The notes under the pieces are model-generated. The model searched no databases, was not told where the DNA came from, and worked only from the letters and a program-made list of their open reading frames with translations. Shown one piece after another: positions 17,695-27,180 of a DNA stretch of 64,000 nt. A program made the position numbers and the translations under genes. The stretch comes from an uncultured Flavobacteriales bacterium. Its GTDB lineage: Bacteria > Bacteroidota > Bacteroidia > Flavobacteriales_D > Crocinitomicaceae. Positions within the stretch are counted from its first letter, which is position 1, and each line of letters starts with the position of its first letter. The stretch spans positions 22,636-86,635 of the forward strand of contig CAJXRM010000001.1 of the NCBI GenBank assembly GCA_913059205.1, in the 5' to 3' direction.

Positions 17695-18456
17695 ATGAAA
17701 TACATCCGAGGGATACTTTCGTTGCTGTGGAAGCTATATATAGGGTTGATTTTTGTAGTAACTGCAATTATCTTTTATCCTATTATTGTTCCGTTTTTAT
17801 TTTCCGAAAACTCCAAAAGAATCGCATTTAGACTGTTTGTTGCTTGGAGTTGGACTGTACGTGTTTGTTGCTTTTATTTTGTTAGGCACTTGTCTAAAAA
17901 TGATCTACCACAAGGACCTTATATCATCGTTGCAAATCACGCCTCTTACTTAGACATATTTTTGATTTACTCAATTGTTCCGAAAGAAGCTTTTATCTTT
18001 TTAGGTAAAATTGAAATTTTAAGCTATCCGCTTATCAAAACGTATTTTAAACGATTCAACATTCCAGTAGACAGAGGAAGCTTGATCAAGTCTGCAAGAT
18101 CACTTATAGTTGCTGGCAATAAAGTAAAAGAAGGATGGTCTCTTATGATTTTTCCTGAAGGGGGAATTCCAGATGAAAACAATCCTAAAATGGTACCATT
18201 CAAAGAAGGTGCATTTCAATTGGCAAAGAGTTTGAAGGTTCCAATCGTGCCTATTACATTTATGAATAATTATCGCTTATTATCGGACCCTTCGGACATT
18301 TTAGGGCCAGCAAGTCCTGGCACAATAAAAGTACATATTCATCCATATTTTTCGAAAGAAGAGGTTGAAAACATGACGCAAAAAGAACTTAGCTTGGCTT
18401 GTTTTAATAGAATTAATGCTCCGATTTTGAAAGAGTTTCCGCAATTCAAAGAATAG
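17695..18456 (+). CDS. plsC: 1-acyl-sn-glycerol-3-phosphate acyltransferase family protein
   Basis: NHASYLD (HX4D) and FPEGG acyltransferase motifs, with an N-terminal TM helix. Confidence 0.75.
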   Translation: MKYIRGILSLLWKLYIGLIFVVTAIIFYPIIVPFLFSENSKRIAFRLFVAWSWTVRVCCFYFVRHLSKNDLPQGPYIIVANHASYLDIFLIYSIVPKEAFIFLGKIEILSYPLIKTYFKRFNIPVDRGSLIKSARSLIVAGNKVKEGWSLMIFPEGGIPDENNPKMVPFKEGAFQLAKSLKVPIVPITFMNNYRLLSDPSDILGPASPGTIKVHIHPYFSKEEVENMTQKELSLACFNRINAPILKEFPQFKE

Positions 18457-18460
18457 TTAT

Positions 18461-18468
18461 TATCTTTG
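18461..18468 (+). promoter_or_regulatory. Bacteroidetes-type -7 promoter box (TATCTTTG)
   Basis: Matches TAnnTTTG 8 nt before the gatC ATG. This would imply a near-leaderless mRNA. Confidence 0.3.
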
Positions 18469-18475
18469 TGAACAC

Positions 18476-18766
18476 ATGAAAATAACAGAAGAAATAGTTG
18501 ATCATATTGCGCATTTAGCTCGTCTCGAGTTTGATGGTGACAAGAAAGCTGCCATTCGACAAGATTTGGAAAGAACAATTACGTTCATGGACAAGTTGAG
18601 AGAAGTTGACACGGAAAATGTTGAGCCGCTTGTTTTCATGACAAATGAAGTGAATCGTTTGCGTGAGGATGAGCCAATCGTGACTTTAAGTCAAAGTGAG
18701 GTACTTAAAAATGCTCCAAAAAAAGATTCAGACTACTTCCGTATCCCGAAGGTATTGGATAAATAA
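18476..18766 (+). CDS. gatC: Asp-tRNA(Asn)/Glu-tRNA(Gln) amidotransferase subunit C
   Basis: 96 aa; IAHLARLEF...VDTENVEPL...REDEP pattern typical of GatC. Confidence 0.85.
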   Translation: MKITEEIVDHIAHLARLEFDGDKKAAIRQDLERTITFMDKLREVDTENVEPLVFMTNEVNRLREDEPIVTLSQSEVLKNAPKKDSDYFRIPKVLDK

Positions 18767-18826
18767 TCGAATCTAAAAAATCATTTTCTGGGTCATCAAT
18801 CCTGTCGGAGAATGAATTTATGGAAA

Positions 18827-19906
18827 TTATATAGTAGATTGGGTGATTGAGCCTGTCGAAATCTCCCAGTCGTATTGGTCAATTTCCGAAACACAAGCAG
18901 ATAGTAAGTCAATGCTTCCCTGAATATCATCTTTGTGTGCCATTTCAATTACTTGATGCAAGTGACGTGTTGGGATAGAAACTGCCCCAGCAATTGAACC
19001 GCCTTCTGTCATTCGTTGAATTCCTGCTGTATCTGTACCGCCAGCTGTTAAGATTTCTGGCTGCCATGTAATTTTGTGCTTGTCTGCCGTTTTTTTCATG
19101 AAATCAACCATTCGATAATCGCAAATAGTTGAAGCATCCATGATTTTTATCGCTGTTCCTTTTCCTAATTCAGTGATTTTTTCATGAGCTGCAGCACCTG
19201 GTAAATCGAATGCAATAGTTGTGTCTAAACCAAATCCAAAATCCGGATTGATGCGCATTGAAGAAACGTTTGCACCGCGAATTCCAACTTCTTCTTGAAC
19301 CGTAAACACTCCATAAATGTCATAGGGAACGGTTTTTCCAACTAGCCCTCTAAACATCTCAATCAGTATAAAAACTGCCAAACGGTTATCCAAAGACTTA
19401 CCATTCACGCAATTTCCCATCTCAATGAATTCGCGTTCTCTCGTGATTGGATTTCCTATTTGAACTAGTTCTTTCACTTCTTCTGCTGAGAGCCCTGTAT
19501 CGATAAAGTAATCGGACAATTTCGCTACTTTATTTCGCTCATCAGCAGTCATAACGTGAATAGGCTTGGAGGCCATTACGCCTATAATGTCTTTTTTACC
19601 GTGAATGATTACCCGCTGTGCTGTTAATGTTTTTGGGTCAAAACCACCTAGCGTATGAAAACGTATAAAACCATTGTCATCAATATGTGTCACCATAAAT
19701 CCAATTTCGTCCATGTGTGCACCAATCATCACTCGTTTGTCGCCTGTTCCGCGTTTGATAGCGTAAACATTTCCCATGTTGTCGATTTCTACTTCGTCAA
19801 CTAAGCCTTTTAACTCGCGAAGAACCAATTCACGAATTTCTTTTTCAAAACCTGGAGCACCTGGAGTAGTGCATATTTTATTGAGTAACGCTGTATTGAT
19901 AGCCAT
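18827..19906 (-). CDS. M42 family metallopeptidase (FrvX/YsdC-like aminopeptidase)
   Basis: 359 aa; GAPGFEKEIRE, GAHMDEIGFMV, SLDNRLAV, FTVQEEVGIRGA motifs. Confidence 0.8.
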   Translation of the reverse strand: MAINTALLNKICTTPGAPGFEKEIRELVLRELKGLVDEVEIDNMGNVYAIKRGTGDKRVMIGAHMDEIGFMVTHIDDNGFIRFHTLGGFDPKTLTAQRVIIHGKKDIIGVMASKPIHVMTADERNKVAKLSDYFIDTGLSAEEVKELVQIGNPITREREFIEMGNCVNGKSLDNRLAVFILIEMFRGLVGKTVPYDIYGVFTVQEEVGIRGANVSSMRINPDFGFGLDTTIAFDLPGAAAHEKITELGKGTAIKIMDASTICDYRMVDFMKKTADKHKITWQPEILTAGGTDTAGIQRMTEGGSIAGAVSIPTRHLHQVIEMAHKDDIQGSIDLLSACVSEIDQYDWEISTGSITQSTI

Positions 19907-19948
19907 AAATTTTCTTTTGCTTAAAAGTACAAATGATTTTAGAAAAGA

Positions 19949-19956
19949 TAACTTTG
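19949..19956 (+). promoter_or_regulatory. Bacteroidetes-type -7 promoter box (TAACTTTG)
   Basis: Matches TAnnTTTG 5 nt before the ATG at 19961. Confidence 0.3.
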
Positions 19957-19960
19957 TAAC

Positions 19961-20626
19961 ATGAACAGATTCATCTTTCTTGTGATTTTTTTGACTTTAG
20001 GTATTTCGATAACCTACTATATGATTCAACCAGAGGAAAAATTACTGCCTGTTATTAACCCAGTGGATTTGGATGAAGAAATGGTAGACCGAGATGTTCT
20101 TATGAACCGCAAAGGATATGGACACAAAATTGGTGACTTTTCTTTTTTGAATCAGAATGGTGAAGTAATTACACAAGAATTCGTTAAAAACAAGGTTTTT
20201 GTTGCTGAATACTTTTTCACAACATGTGGTTCCATTTGTCCGATTATGAATAAGCAAATGAAACGAGTTCAAGACGCCTTTGCCGACAATGAAGGAGTGA
20301 AAATATTAAGTTTTACGGTGGACCCGGCAACTGATAGCGTTGAACAAATGAAACGTTATGCGGAGGGTCATTTTGCCAACGACCATCAATGGCAGTTTTT
20401 GACAGGTAATAAGGGGAAGCTGTATGAGCTTGCACGCAAATCATTCTTCGTTTTAAAACCAGCTGAGGCAGAAAACCTTGGCGATGCTGGAAGCGACTTT
20501 ATTCATACAAACAACTTTGTTCTAGTTGATCGAAAAAAACGAATTAGAGGCTATTACGACGGAACTTCTGTAACGTCAGTAGATTCACTGATTTATGATA
20601 TAGGCAGATTGTTAAAGGAGTTTTAA
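19961..20626 (+). CDS. SCO1/SenC family thioredoxin-like copper chaperone
   Basis: N-terminal TM helix, FFTTCGSICP (CxxxC) motif and a conserved downstream His (FIHTNNFVLVD). Confidence 0.75.
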   Translation: MNRFIFLVIFLTLGISITYYMIQPEEKLLPVINPVDLDEEMVDRDVLMNRKGYGHKIGDFSFLNQNGEVITQEFVKNKVFVAEYFFTTCGSICPIMNKQMKRVQDAFADNEGVKILSFTVDPATDSVEQMKRYAEGHFANDHQWQFLTGNKGKLYELARKSFFVLKPAEAENLGDAGSDFIHTNNFVLVDRKKRIRGYYDGTSVTSVDSLIYDIGRLLKEF

Positions 20627-22261
20627 CTACTTCTTCTCAATCTCACTCAAACTCTCCATCTTTTTCGTTGCCAAGAAACCTTTGATGTCCTCAAAGTGCT
20701 CTTTCACACGTTGGTTCCCAAATTCAAATACTTTTTCAGCTAAGCCGTCTAAGAAATCACGATCGTGAGATACAAGTATTAATGTTCCGTCAAACGCTTT
20801 TAAAGCATCTTTGATAATGTCTTTCGTTCGCATATCCAAGTGATTGGTAGGCTCATCAAGAATTAGAAGGTTCACGGGCTCCAATAACAATTTCATCATT
20901 GCTAAACGTGTTTTTTCTCCCCCAGAAAGTACTTTCACCAATTTCGAACTATTATCTCCCCCAAACATAAATGCTCCAAGTAAATCTCTGATTTTATTTC
21001 GAATATCGCCTTTTGCAATGTTATCAATTGTATCAAAAACAGTAATATTTTCATCCAAAAGGGCAGCTTGATTTTGAGCGAAATAACCAATTTGAACATT
21101 ATGACCTAATTCCATTGACCCTTCAACTTCAATCTCTTTCATTATCGCTTTGATCATGGTAGATTTACCTTCTCCATTTCGTCCAACAAAAGCGACTTTT
21201 TCACCTCGCTCTATAACCAAAGAAGCGTCCTTGAACACGGTATGATCGCCGTATTTTTTTGTCATTTCTTTTACTACAACTGGATAACTTCCTGCACGTG
21301 GAGCTGGCGGAAATTTTAAGCGCAGAGCTGAAGAGTCTACTTCGTCAATCTCAATTATTTCTAATTTTTCCAGCATCTTTACACGAGACTGAACTTGATT
21401 TGTTTTAGAAAAAGTTCCTCTAAAGCGATCAATAAATTCTTGGTTATCTGCAATGTAACGCTGTTGTTCCTCGTATTGCTTTTGTTGCTGTTCACGACGC
21501 TCTTTTCGCAACTCTAAGTAGTGAGAGTATTTCGCTTTATAATCGTAAATCCTACCCATCGTTACTTCTATTGTACGATTGGTAATGTTGTCCACAAATG
21601 CCCTGTCGTGAGAGATAACAACTACCGCTTTTGCTTGGTTAATTAAGAAATCTTCTAACCATTCAATGGAATCAATATCCATATGGTTGGTAGGCTCATC
21701 AAGTAAAATCAAATCTGGTTGTTGCAACAATATTTTAGCCAATTCGATTCGCATTCTCCACCCACCACTGAATTCAGAAGTTGGTCGAGTGAAATCAGAA
21801 CGCAAGAAACCTAATCCTTGTAAGACTTTTTCAACCTCAGCTTCGTAGTTGATTTCTTCAATAGAATAGTATTTTTCACTTAATTCAGAAACCTGCTCGA
21901 TGATTTTCATGTATTCGTCAGAATCGTAATCAGTTCGAATTGTTAATTCGTCATTTAAACGATCCATTTCCGCCTTCATGGCGAAGATACTAGCAAATGC
22001 TTTTGATGTTTCTTCAAAAACTGTTGCATCATCTTGTGTCAATAAATGCTGAGGTAAATAGGCTATTACAGTATCTTTTGGAGCAGAAACGCCACCACGA
22101 GTTGGCTTGTTTACGCCTGCAAGAATTTTTAACAATGTCGATTTCCCAGCACCGTTTTTTCCCATTAAGGCGATTTTGTCATTTTCGTTGATGACGAAGG
22201 AAACATCACTAAACAAGGTGCTTCCACTAAACTCAACCGTTAAATTATCTACCGATACCAT
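20627..22261 (-). CDS. ABC-F family ATPase (two ABC domains, no TM domain)
   Basis: Two Walker A motifs (GKNGAGKST, GRNGEGKST), two LSGG signatures and a charged linker REQQQKQYEEQQR. Confidence 0.85.
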   Translation of the reverse strand: MVSVDNLTVEFSGSTLFSDVSFVINENDKIALMGKNGAGKSTLLKILAGVNKPTRGGVSAPKDTVIAYLPQHLLTQDDATVFEETSKAFASIFAMKAEMDRLNDELTIRTDYDSDEYMKIIEQVSELSEKYYSIEEINYEAEVEKVLQGLGFLRSDFTRPTSEFSGGWRMRIELAKILLQQPDLILLDEPTNHMDIDSIEWLEDFLINQAKAVVVISHDRAFVDNITNRTIEVTMGRIYDYKAKYSHYLELRKERREQQQKQYEEQQRYIADNQEFIDRFRGTFSKTNQVQSRVKMLEKLEIIEIDEVDSSALRLKFPPAPRAGSYPVVVKEMTKKYGDHTVFKDASLVIERGEKVAFVGRNGEGKSTMIKAIMKEIEVEGSMELGHNVQIGYFAQNQAALLDENITVFDTIDNIAKGDIRNKIRDLLGAFMFGGDNSSKLVKVLSGGEKTRLAMMKLLLEPVNLLILDEPTNHLDMRTKDIIKDALKAFDGTLILVSHDRDFLDGLAEKVFEFGNQRVKEHFEDIKGFLATKKMESLSEIEKK

Positions 22262-22332
22262 AGCTCAAAATTTGGGCGCAAAGATAAGGTGAAATAATTG
22301 AAATTTGAACAAGAAAGATACTACAAGAGGGT

Positions 22333-22581
22333 TTAATCAGTAAACTTTTTCAAGTTATCGATCAAATATTCATTTTTTTGATCAAAATCAATTTTTAATG
22401 AATCTTGGATTTCGCAATGCACAAAGGGATAGGCCAAAACGGTATTAGCATCACTTTTACCTTGACTTTTTCTATATGCATTGATTTTTGCCAGCTCTGA
22501 GGCTTCCATCGCGATTAGAATCCCCAATTCTGTTTCCTCGTAGGTCAGCAAAATTGGTTTTTTTGGCATTTTTATATCCAT
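22333..22581 (-). CDS. hypothetical protein (82 aa)
   Basis: ORF only. It lies on the same strand as, and 5 nt downstream of, the cupin gene. No motif recognised. Confidence 0.35.
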   Translation of the reverse strand: MDIKMPKKPILLTYEETELGILIAMEASELAKINAYRKSQGKSDANTVLAYPFVHCEIQDSLKIDFDQKNEYLIDNLKKFTD

Positions 22582-22586
22582 AAATA

Positions 22587-22919
22587 CTATACGTTTTTAA
22601 CGCGTTCTAAAGTGTCCATTTTTGAAAGTGAAAGTCGCACCACACTATCCTCATGTGCAACTAAATCGTGAGGAACATTCGCTTCCAATCCGATTATGTC
22701 GCCAATTTTTAATTGTAATTCCTCTCCTTCAACGCCAAATTTAATACTTCCTTGGATAACTTGCACTATAATTGGGAATGGAGCTTTATGTTCTTTCATA
22801 AATTGGCCTGTTTGCATAGCAATTCGAATTTCTTTTGTGGCTGATGTTTCTACAAGAACTTGTATTGCTGGCTTGTTTTCGTTCCATTCGATATTTGATA
22901 AAAATGACGCTTTTTTCAT
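22587..22919 (-). CDS. cupin domain protein
   Basis: 110 aa; small beta-barrel pattern (KEHKAPFPIIVQVIQGSIKF...GDIIGLEANVPHDLVA). Confidence 0.55.
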   Translation of the reverse strand: MKKASFLSNIEWNENKPAIQVLVETSATKEIRIAMQTGQFMKEHKAPFPIIVQVIQGSIKFGVEGEELQLKIGDIIGLEANVPHDLVAHEDSVVRLSLSKMDTLERVKNV

Positions 22920-22921
22920 AA

Positions 22922-23122
22922 TTAATTCTTTTCCAATTCTTTTAGAATCTGATTCACATCTTCCTCGGTTGATGTCAATTTTTCTTTACAGATTTTAATC
23001 AATTCTGAAGCTCGTTTTACCTTTATGCTTAATTCATCTACAGAAATCTCTCCGTCTTCGATGTCAGAAACAATTTGCTTTAATTCTTCGAATGCATCTG
23101 TGTATTTTAAATCCTTACTCAT
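22922..23122 (-). CDS. xseB: exodeoxyribonuclease VII small subunit
   Basis: 66 aa; FEELKQIVSDIEDGEISVDELSIKVKRASELIKICKEKL. It overlaps the xseA stop by 8 nt. Confidence 0.8.
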   Translation of the reverse strand: MSKDLKYTDAFEELKQIVSDIEDGEISVDELSIKVKRASELIKICKEKLTSTEEDVNQILKELEKN

Positions 23123-24503
23123 CGTTTTCCTTGATATCGATTATTGTCGATTTTATGTTAAAATTAGCTGTTTTTGTTACAATTTCATCTCCTTTTTGTC
23201 CTTTATTACCATCTTTTAACGTTTTTCCGTTAATTGTGGTAATTGAAAAACCTCGTTTTAAGACGTTGATCGGATCCATTAACTGAACAGAGTGAAATAG
23301 GTTGTCAAGGCGATTGTTTTCTTGGAAAATTGCGGACTTCAACATCCGTGGTATTCCATCCTTAATTAATTCAATTTTTTCCTGTTCTCGCTGAAATATA
23401 TGTACAGATTCACGTAACGTATTTTGAGTCAATCGTTCAATTTTTTGTCTGTTATGCTGCAGATTATAACGCACGTTAGATCCTACTTCACGACTTTGTG
23501 CAATTAGTTTTTGATGATTGTTGTACAACGACTGCTGCGCTCCATTTTTAAAATGCTTTGATAGGTTGTTCAAATCAGTTTTTTCATCTTCTACTTTGGC
23601 AACAGCATAGTATTTGATACTTTTTAGTGCGTCTTTCAATGGCTCAGAAAAGTTGTGAAACGCTTGCAGTAAAAAGTCGCCAAGTTCTGTCGGGGTGATT
23701 GCGTTTCTGAAGGCAATCATTTCTGCTACTGTTAAATTAGTTGAGTGACCAATTCCTGTCAATACAGGCAAGGGAAAGGAAGCAATTGCTTTACAAAGCT
23801 CATAGTTGTTGTAACAAGACAACCCAACTTCACCACCACCACCGCGCACAATTACCACCACATCAAAATAATGAAGAACTTTTTTGATTCTTTCTAATTG
23901 TGTAATGATAGAGCTTGCTGCATTATCACCTTGTAAATACGCGGGGAACAACATGGTAAAAAAGGAATAGTTCCATTCATTTTTATCCAAAACCTGCATG
24001 AAATCGGATAATCCCTTGCTTGAATCTGCCGAAATAATGGCTACTCTCTTTGGTAACAAAGGAAATTGAAGTTGTTGATTTGCATTAATTAGCCCTTCTT
24101 TTTGAAGTTTTCGTAGTGTTTCTTGCCGTTCCCGTTGCAATTCTCCCAGTGCATAATTCGGATCGATATCTACTATTTGTAGACTTAAGCCATAGGATTC
24201 GTGAAAGGTTACTTTCACCTGCATTAATAACGTTGTATCTTCTTTTAAAGGCTCTTTTACAACTTGAATAAATCGTTGGTTGATTTGCTCGAATTGATGA
24301 TTCCAAATGGTTCCGCGAATTTGAGCAACAATTTTCCCGTCTTCTTTTTGAAGTAATTCAGGAAAGCAGTGACCACTCGCAAATCGATTTAACTTATGCA
24401 TTTCTGCTTTTACCCAATAATATTGCTGGTAACGCTCCTCAATTGTTTTTCGAATAGAAGAGACGACTTGTTGAAGCGTAAATATTTTTGGAGTATCTGA
24501 CAT
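23115..24503 (-). CDS. xseA: exodeoxyribonuclease VII large subunit
   Basis: N-terminal OB-fold region (WVKAEMHKLNRFASGHCFPELLQK), VIVRGGGG motif and a long C-terminal coiled coil; 462 aa. Confidence 0.8.
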   Translation of the reverse strand: MSDTPKIFTLQQVVSSIRKTIEERYQQYYWVKAEMHKLNRFASGHCFPELLQKEDGKIVAQIRGTIWNHQFEQINQRFIQVVKEPLKEDTTLLMQVKVTFHESYGLSLQIVDIDPNYALGELQRERQETLRKLQKEGLINANQQLQFPLLPKRVAIISADSSKGLSDFMQVLDKNEWNYSFFTMLFPAYLQGDNAASSIITQLERIKKVLHYFDVVVIVRGGGGEVGLSCYNNYELCKAIASFPLPVLTGIGHSTNLTVAEMIAFRNAITPTELGDFLLQAFHNFSEPLKDALKSIKYYAVAKVEDEKTDLNNLSKHFKNGAQQSLYNNHQKLIAQSREVGSNVRYNLQHNRQKIERLTQNTLRESVHIFQREQEKIELIKDGIPRMLKSAIFQENNRLDNLFHSVQLMDPINVLKRGFSITTINGKTLKDGNKGQKGDEIVTKTANFNIKSTIIDIKENDE

Positions 24504-24516
24504 AAAAAGAAAACGC

Positions 24517-24876
24517 TTAGTTTTCTGCGTACACTTTCATTATATCCATTGAACTTACGATTCCAACAACTTGTCCGTCTTCCATGACAACTAAGTGATG
24601 TACGTTATGTTTTACCATTATTCCAGCAGCATCTTGCACACGATTATTTTTAAGGACAATATGTACCCGATCAGACATTAAATTTTGTACTATTTCGTTT
24701 TCATCGTGACACTTCGCAACGTCACTTGTTGAAATAATTCCTGTAATAGTTCCGTCTTCCTCTAAAACAGGGACAGCATTAATGTTTTTTCGAGTAATAA
24801 GATCTTTTAAATGAAAAACTTTGTTGTTTCTGCTCGTTACCGTAACTGGAGAGCTCATGATTTCTTCAATTCTCAT
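24517..24876 (-). CDS. CBS domain pair protein
   Basis: 119 aa with two CBS-like repeats (MSSPVTVT..., AVPVLEEDGTITGIISTSD, HHLVVMEDGQVVGIVSSMD). Confidence 0.7.
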   Translation of the reverse strand: MRIEEIMSSPVTVTSRNNKVFHLKDLITRKNINAVPVLEEDGTITGIISTSDVAKCHDENEIVQNLMSDRVHIVLKNNRVQDAAGIMVKHNVHHLVVMEDGQVVGIVSSMDIMKVYAEN

Positions 24877-24899
24877 TTTTTGAGTATGTTTTATTTACT

Positions 24900-25340
24900 T
24901 TACCAGCTGATTACAATTTTACCATTCACAGGCTGAGGGTTAGATTCTATTATGATTATGTCACCCGCCTCTTGAATTTTTTTATGAGAACGAGAAGCAA
25001 AACGCAAAACCTGCTCACCCTTTTTTGTTTCTACTATTTTATATACGACCGAAACTGGAGATTTTGTTGTTCCTTCTCCGGGATCTGCTAATTGAAGAAC
25101 TTTCTTTTGGATTTCTGGAATGTTCGGATCCTCGAAAATAAGTTTAGCATTGATATAATCTTTATCCGTATTCATAACCTGAATATTGCTCACCGGCACT
25201 TCATTCATAGTTCTACCATTAATTATTAAGGTGAATTTTAGTCCGTTTTCAGAATAGATTTCCAAATCGTGAGAAATTTGCGAAAAACTTGAGCTTATTG
25301 AAAAAAGCGTAAATAGTGAAAATAAAATTATTGACTTCAT
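24900..25340 (-). CDS. secreted hypothetical protein (146 aa)
   Basis: ORF with signal peptide MKSIILFSLFTLFSISSSFSQ. No motif recognised. Confidence 0.4.
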   Translation of the reverse strand: MKSIILFSLFTLFSISSSFSQISHDLEIYSENGLKFTLIINGRTMNEVPVSNIQVMNTDKDYINAKLIFEDPNIPEIQKKVLQLADPGEGTTKSPVSVVYKIVETKKGEQVLRFASRSHKKIQEAGDIIIIESNPQPVNGKIVISW

Positions 25341-25403
25341 GTGTTTATAGTTTTTTATATAAAGATAGTGCTTTTGGGCGGTTGTACAATTTTAGGGATT
25401 GAC

Positions 25404-25411
25404 TATCTTTG
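25404..25411 (+). promoter_or_regulatory. Bacteroidetes-type -7 promoter box (TATCTTTG)
   Basis: Matches TAnnTTTG. It overlaps the first ATG of the track ORF (25409), which argues for the second ATG (25433) as the pgk start. Confidence 0.4.
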
Positions 25412-25432
25412 CATACATCAAAAACAACAAAC

Positions 25433-26626
25433 ATGCAAAGCATACATTCATACGATTTTTCGGGAAAAAGAGCACTTATTCGTGTAGATTTTAATGTTCC
25501 ATTGGACAAACAAACCAAAGAGGTTACAGATGACACGCGTATTAGAGCTGCTGCCAGAACGATACAATTTATACTTAAAAAGGGCGGAAGTGTTGTTTTG
25601 ATGTCACATTTAGGGAGACCTAAAGATGCATCGGATGTTGAGTTTTCGTTGCAGCAAATTGTGGCGCATACGTCAAAAGTGTTGGGAGTTGATGTAAAGT
25701 TTGGAGGCGACTGTATTGGTGCTGAAGGATTAGAAATGAGTAAAAACTTAAAGGCAGGTGAAGTCTTGATGTTAGAAAATGTGCGTTTTTACAAACAAGA
25801 AACGACAGGAACTGAGAGCTTTGCTGAGGCACTTTCAAAACACGGAGATGTCTACGTAAATGATGCTTTTGGAACTGCGCACCGGGCGCACGCAAGTACT
25901 ACAGTTGTGGCTAAGTTCTTTCCTAACGATAAAATGTTTGGGTTTTTGCTCGAGGGAGAAATCGATAGTGTAGATAAAGTATTGAATAGCACAGAAAAAC
26001 CATTAACAGCAATTGTAGGTGGGGCAAAAGTGTCTTCGAAAATTACAATAATTGAACGTTTACTGGATAAAGTAGATAACCTCATTGTGGGTGGTGGAAT
26101 GGCATACACTTTTGTCAAAGCCAAAGGAGGAAAAGTGGGAAATTCATTGGTTGAAGACGACTTTTTACCAATGGCTCTTGAAATAATTAAAAAAGCGAAA
26201 GATAAAGGTGTGAATTTGTACATTCCTGTTGATACAGTGATCGCTGACGGGTTTTCTAATGACGCAAATCGGCAGACAGTTGCAATTGATGAAATTCCAG
26301 AAGGCTGGATGGGATTGGATGTTGCAACTAAAACGGCTAAGGATTGTGCAGAAATAATTGAAAATTCTCGATTGATTTTATGGAACGGTCCTATGGGTGT
26401 TTTTGAAATGGAAAACTTCCAAGCCGGAACAAAAGCAGTTGCAGATGCGATAGTCGCAGCAACATCGAAGGGAGCTTTTTCATTAATTGGAGGCGGAGAT
26501 TCGGTTGCAGCTATCAATAAATTTAACCTCGCGGATAAAGTAAGCTACGTTTCTACCGGTGGTGGCGCAATGTTGGAATATTTGGAAGGAATAGAGTTGC
26601 CAGGAATCATAGCAATCAAGGCATAA
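25433..26626 (+). CDS. pgk: phosphoglycerate kinase
   Basis: [30 protein letters not shown] and STGGGA motifs. The start is moved to MQSIHSYDF, giving 397 aa. Confidence 0.9.
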   Translation: MQSIHSYDFSGKRALIRVDFNVPLDKQTKEVTDDTRIRAAARTIQFILKKGGSVVLMSHLGRPKDASDVEFSLQQIVAHTSKVLGVDVKFGGDCIGAEGLEMSKNLKAGEVLMLENVRFYKQETTGTESFAEALSKHGDVYVNDAFGTAHRAHASTTVVAKFFPNDKMFGFLLEGEIDSVDKVLNSTEKPLTAIVGGAKVSSKITIIERLLDKVDNLIVGGGMAYTFVKAKGGKVGNSLVEDDFLPMALEIIKKAKDKGVNLYIPVDTVIADGFSNDANRQTVAIDEIPEGWMGLDVATKTAKDCAEIIENSRLILWNGPMGVFEMENFQAGTKAVADAIVAATSKGAFSLIGGGDSVAAINKFNLADKVSYVSTGGGAMLEYLEGIELPGIIAIKA

Positions 26627-26712
26627 AGACCATTCTAGTTTTGTGATTGGGAATAAAATTTGGCGAAAGAGTTCTTTTTTATGTAAATTGGGTTTTTAAA
26701 CTAATTGAATCT

Positions 26713-27177
26713 ATGACTAAACGAGGACTACTTTTGTTCTCTCTGCTATCTACTATTGGCGTTTCGGCGCAAGAAGTTGTTTCAACACAGGGAGAATCGT
26801 ATTCAAATTCAAATGGAAGTATCAATTTCACAATAGGGGAAGTTTCTATTGATACTGGAACTGACGGTACAAATGACATTACTCAAGGTTTTCATCAAAC
26901 AAATTGGAGCTTTTTAGGTTTAGAAGATCACGTTACGAGCTTTAATGCCTCAATTTTTCCTAATCCGACTTCTGAGGTTTTAATTCTTAAAATAAGTGCA
27001 TTCAATAATGTGCACTATTATTTATATGATGCTCAAGGAAAGTTGGTTCTCAATGATATTATTTCTGCTGAAGAGACATTGATTCAAGTGGGTCAATTTG
27101 CACCAGGCAACTATACTTTGAAATTAAACAAAGAAAATCAACACCTTAAAACATTTAAACTAGCTAAAAATCACTAA
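26713..27177 (+). CDS. small secreted protein with T9SS C-terminal sorting domain
   Basis: Start taken at MTKRGLLLFSLLSTIGVSAQ. A roughly 60-aa N-terminal module ends in ITQGFHQ. The CTD follows (SIFPNPTSEVLILKI...GNYTLKLN). Confidence 0.55.
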   Translation: MTKRGLLLFSLLSTIGVSAQEVVSTQGESYSNSNGSINFTIGEVSIDTGTDGTNDITQGFHQTNWSFLGLEDHVTSFNASIFPNPTSEVLILKISAFNNVHYYLYDAQGKLVLNDIISAEETLIQVGQFAPGNYTLKLNKENQHLKTFKLAKNH

Positions 27178-27180
27178 CCT

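Noticed and set aside
22333-22919. Adjacent small genes (110 aa and 82 aa) considered as a toxin-antitoxin pair
   Set aside because: The first looks like a cupin barrel rather than any toxin or antitoxin fold I recognise. Both appear to be the tail of the xseA-xseB transcription unit. No HTH, RHH, PIN or RelE-type motifs were seen.
25852-26517. 221-aa ORF on the minus strand inside pgk
   Set aside because: It is fully antisense to a confidently identified phosphoglycerate kinase. Its composition is low-complexity (Ser/Pro/Ala/Ile-rich), as expected for a shadow frame, and it has no promoter or terminator of its own.
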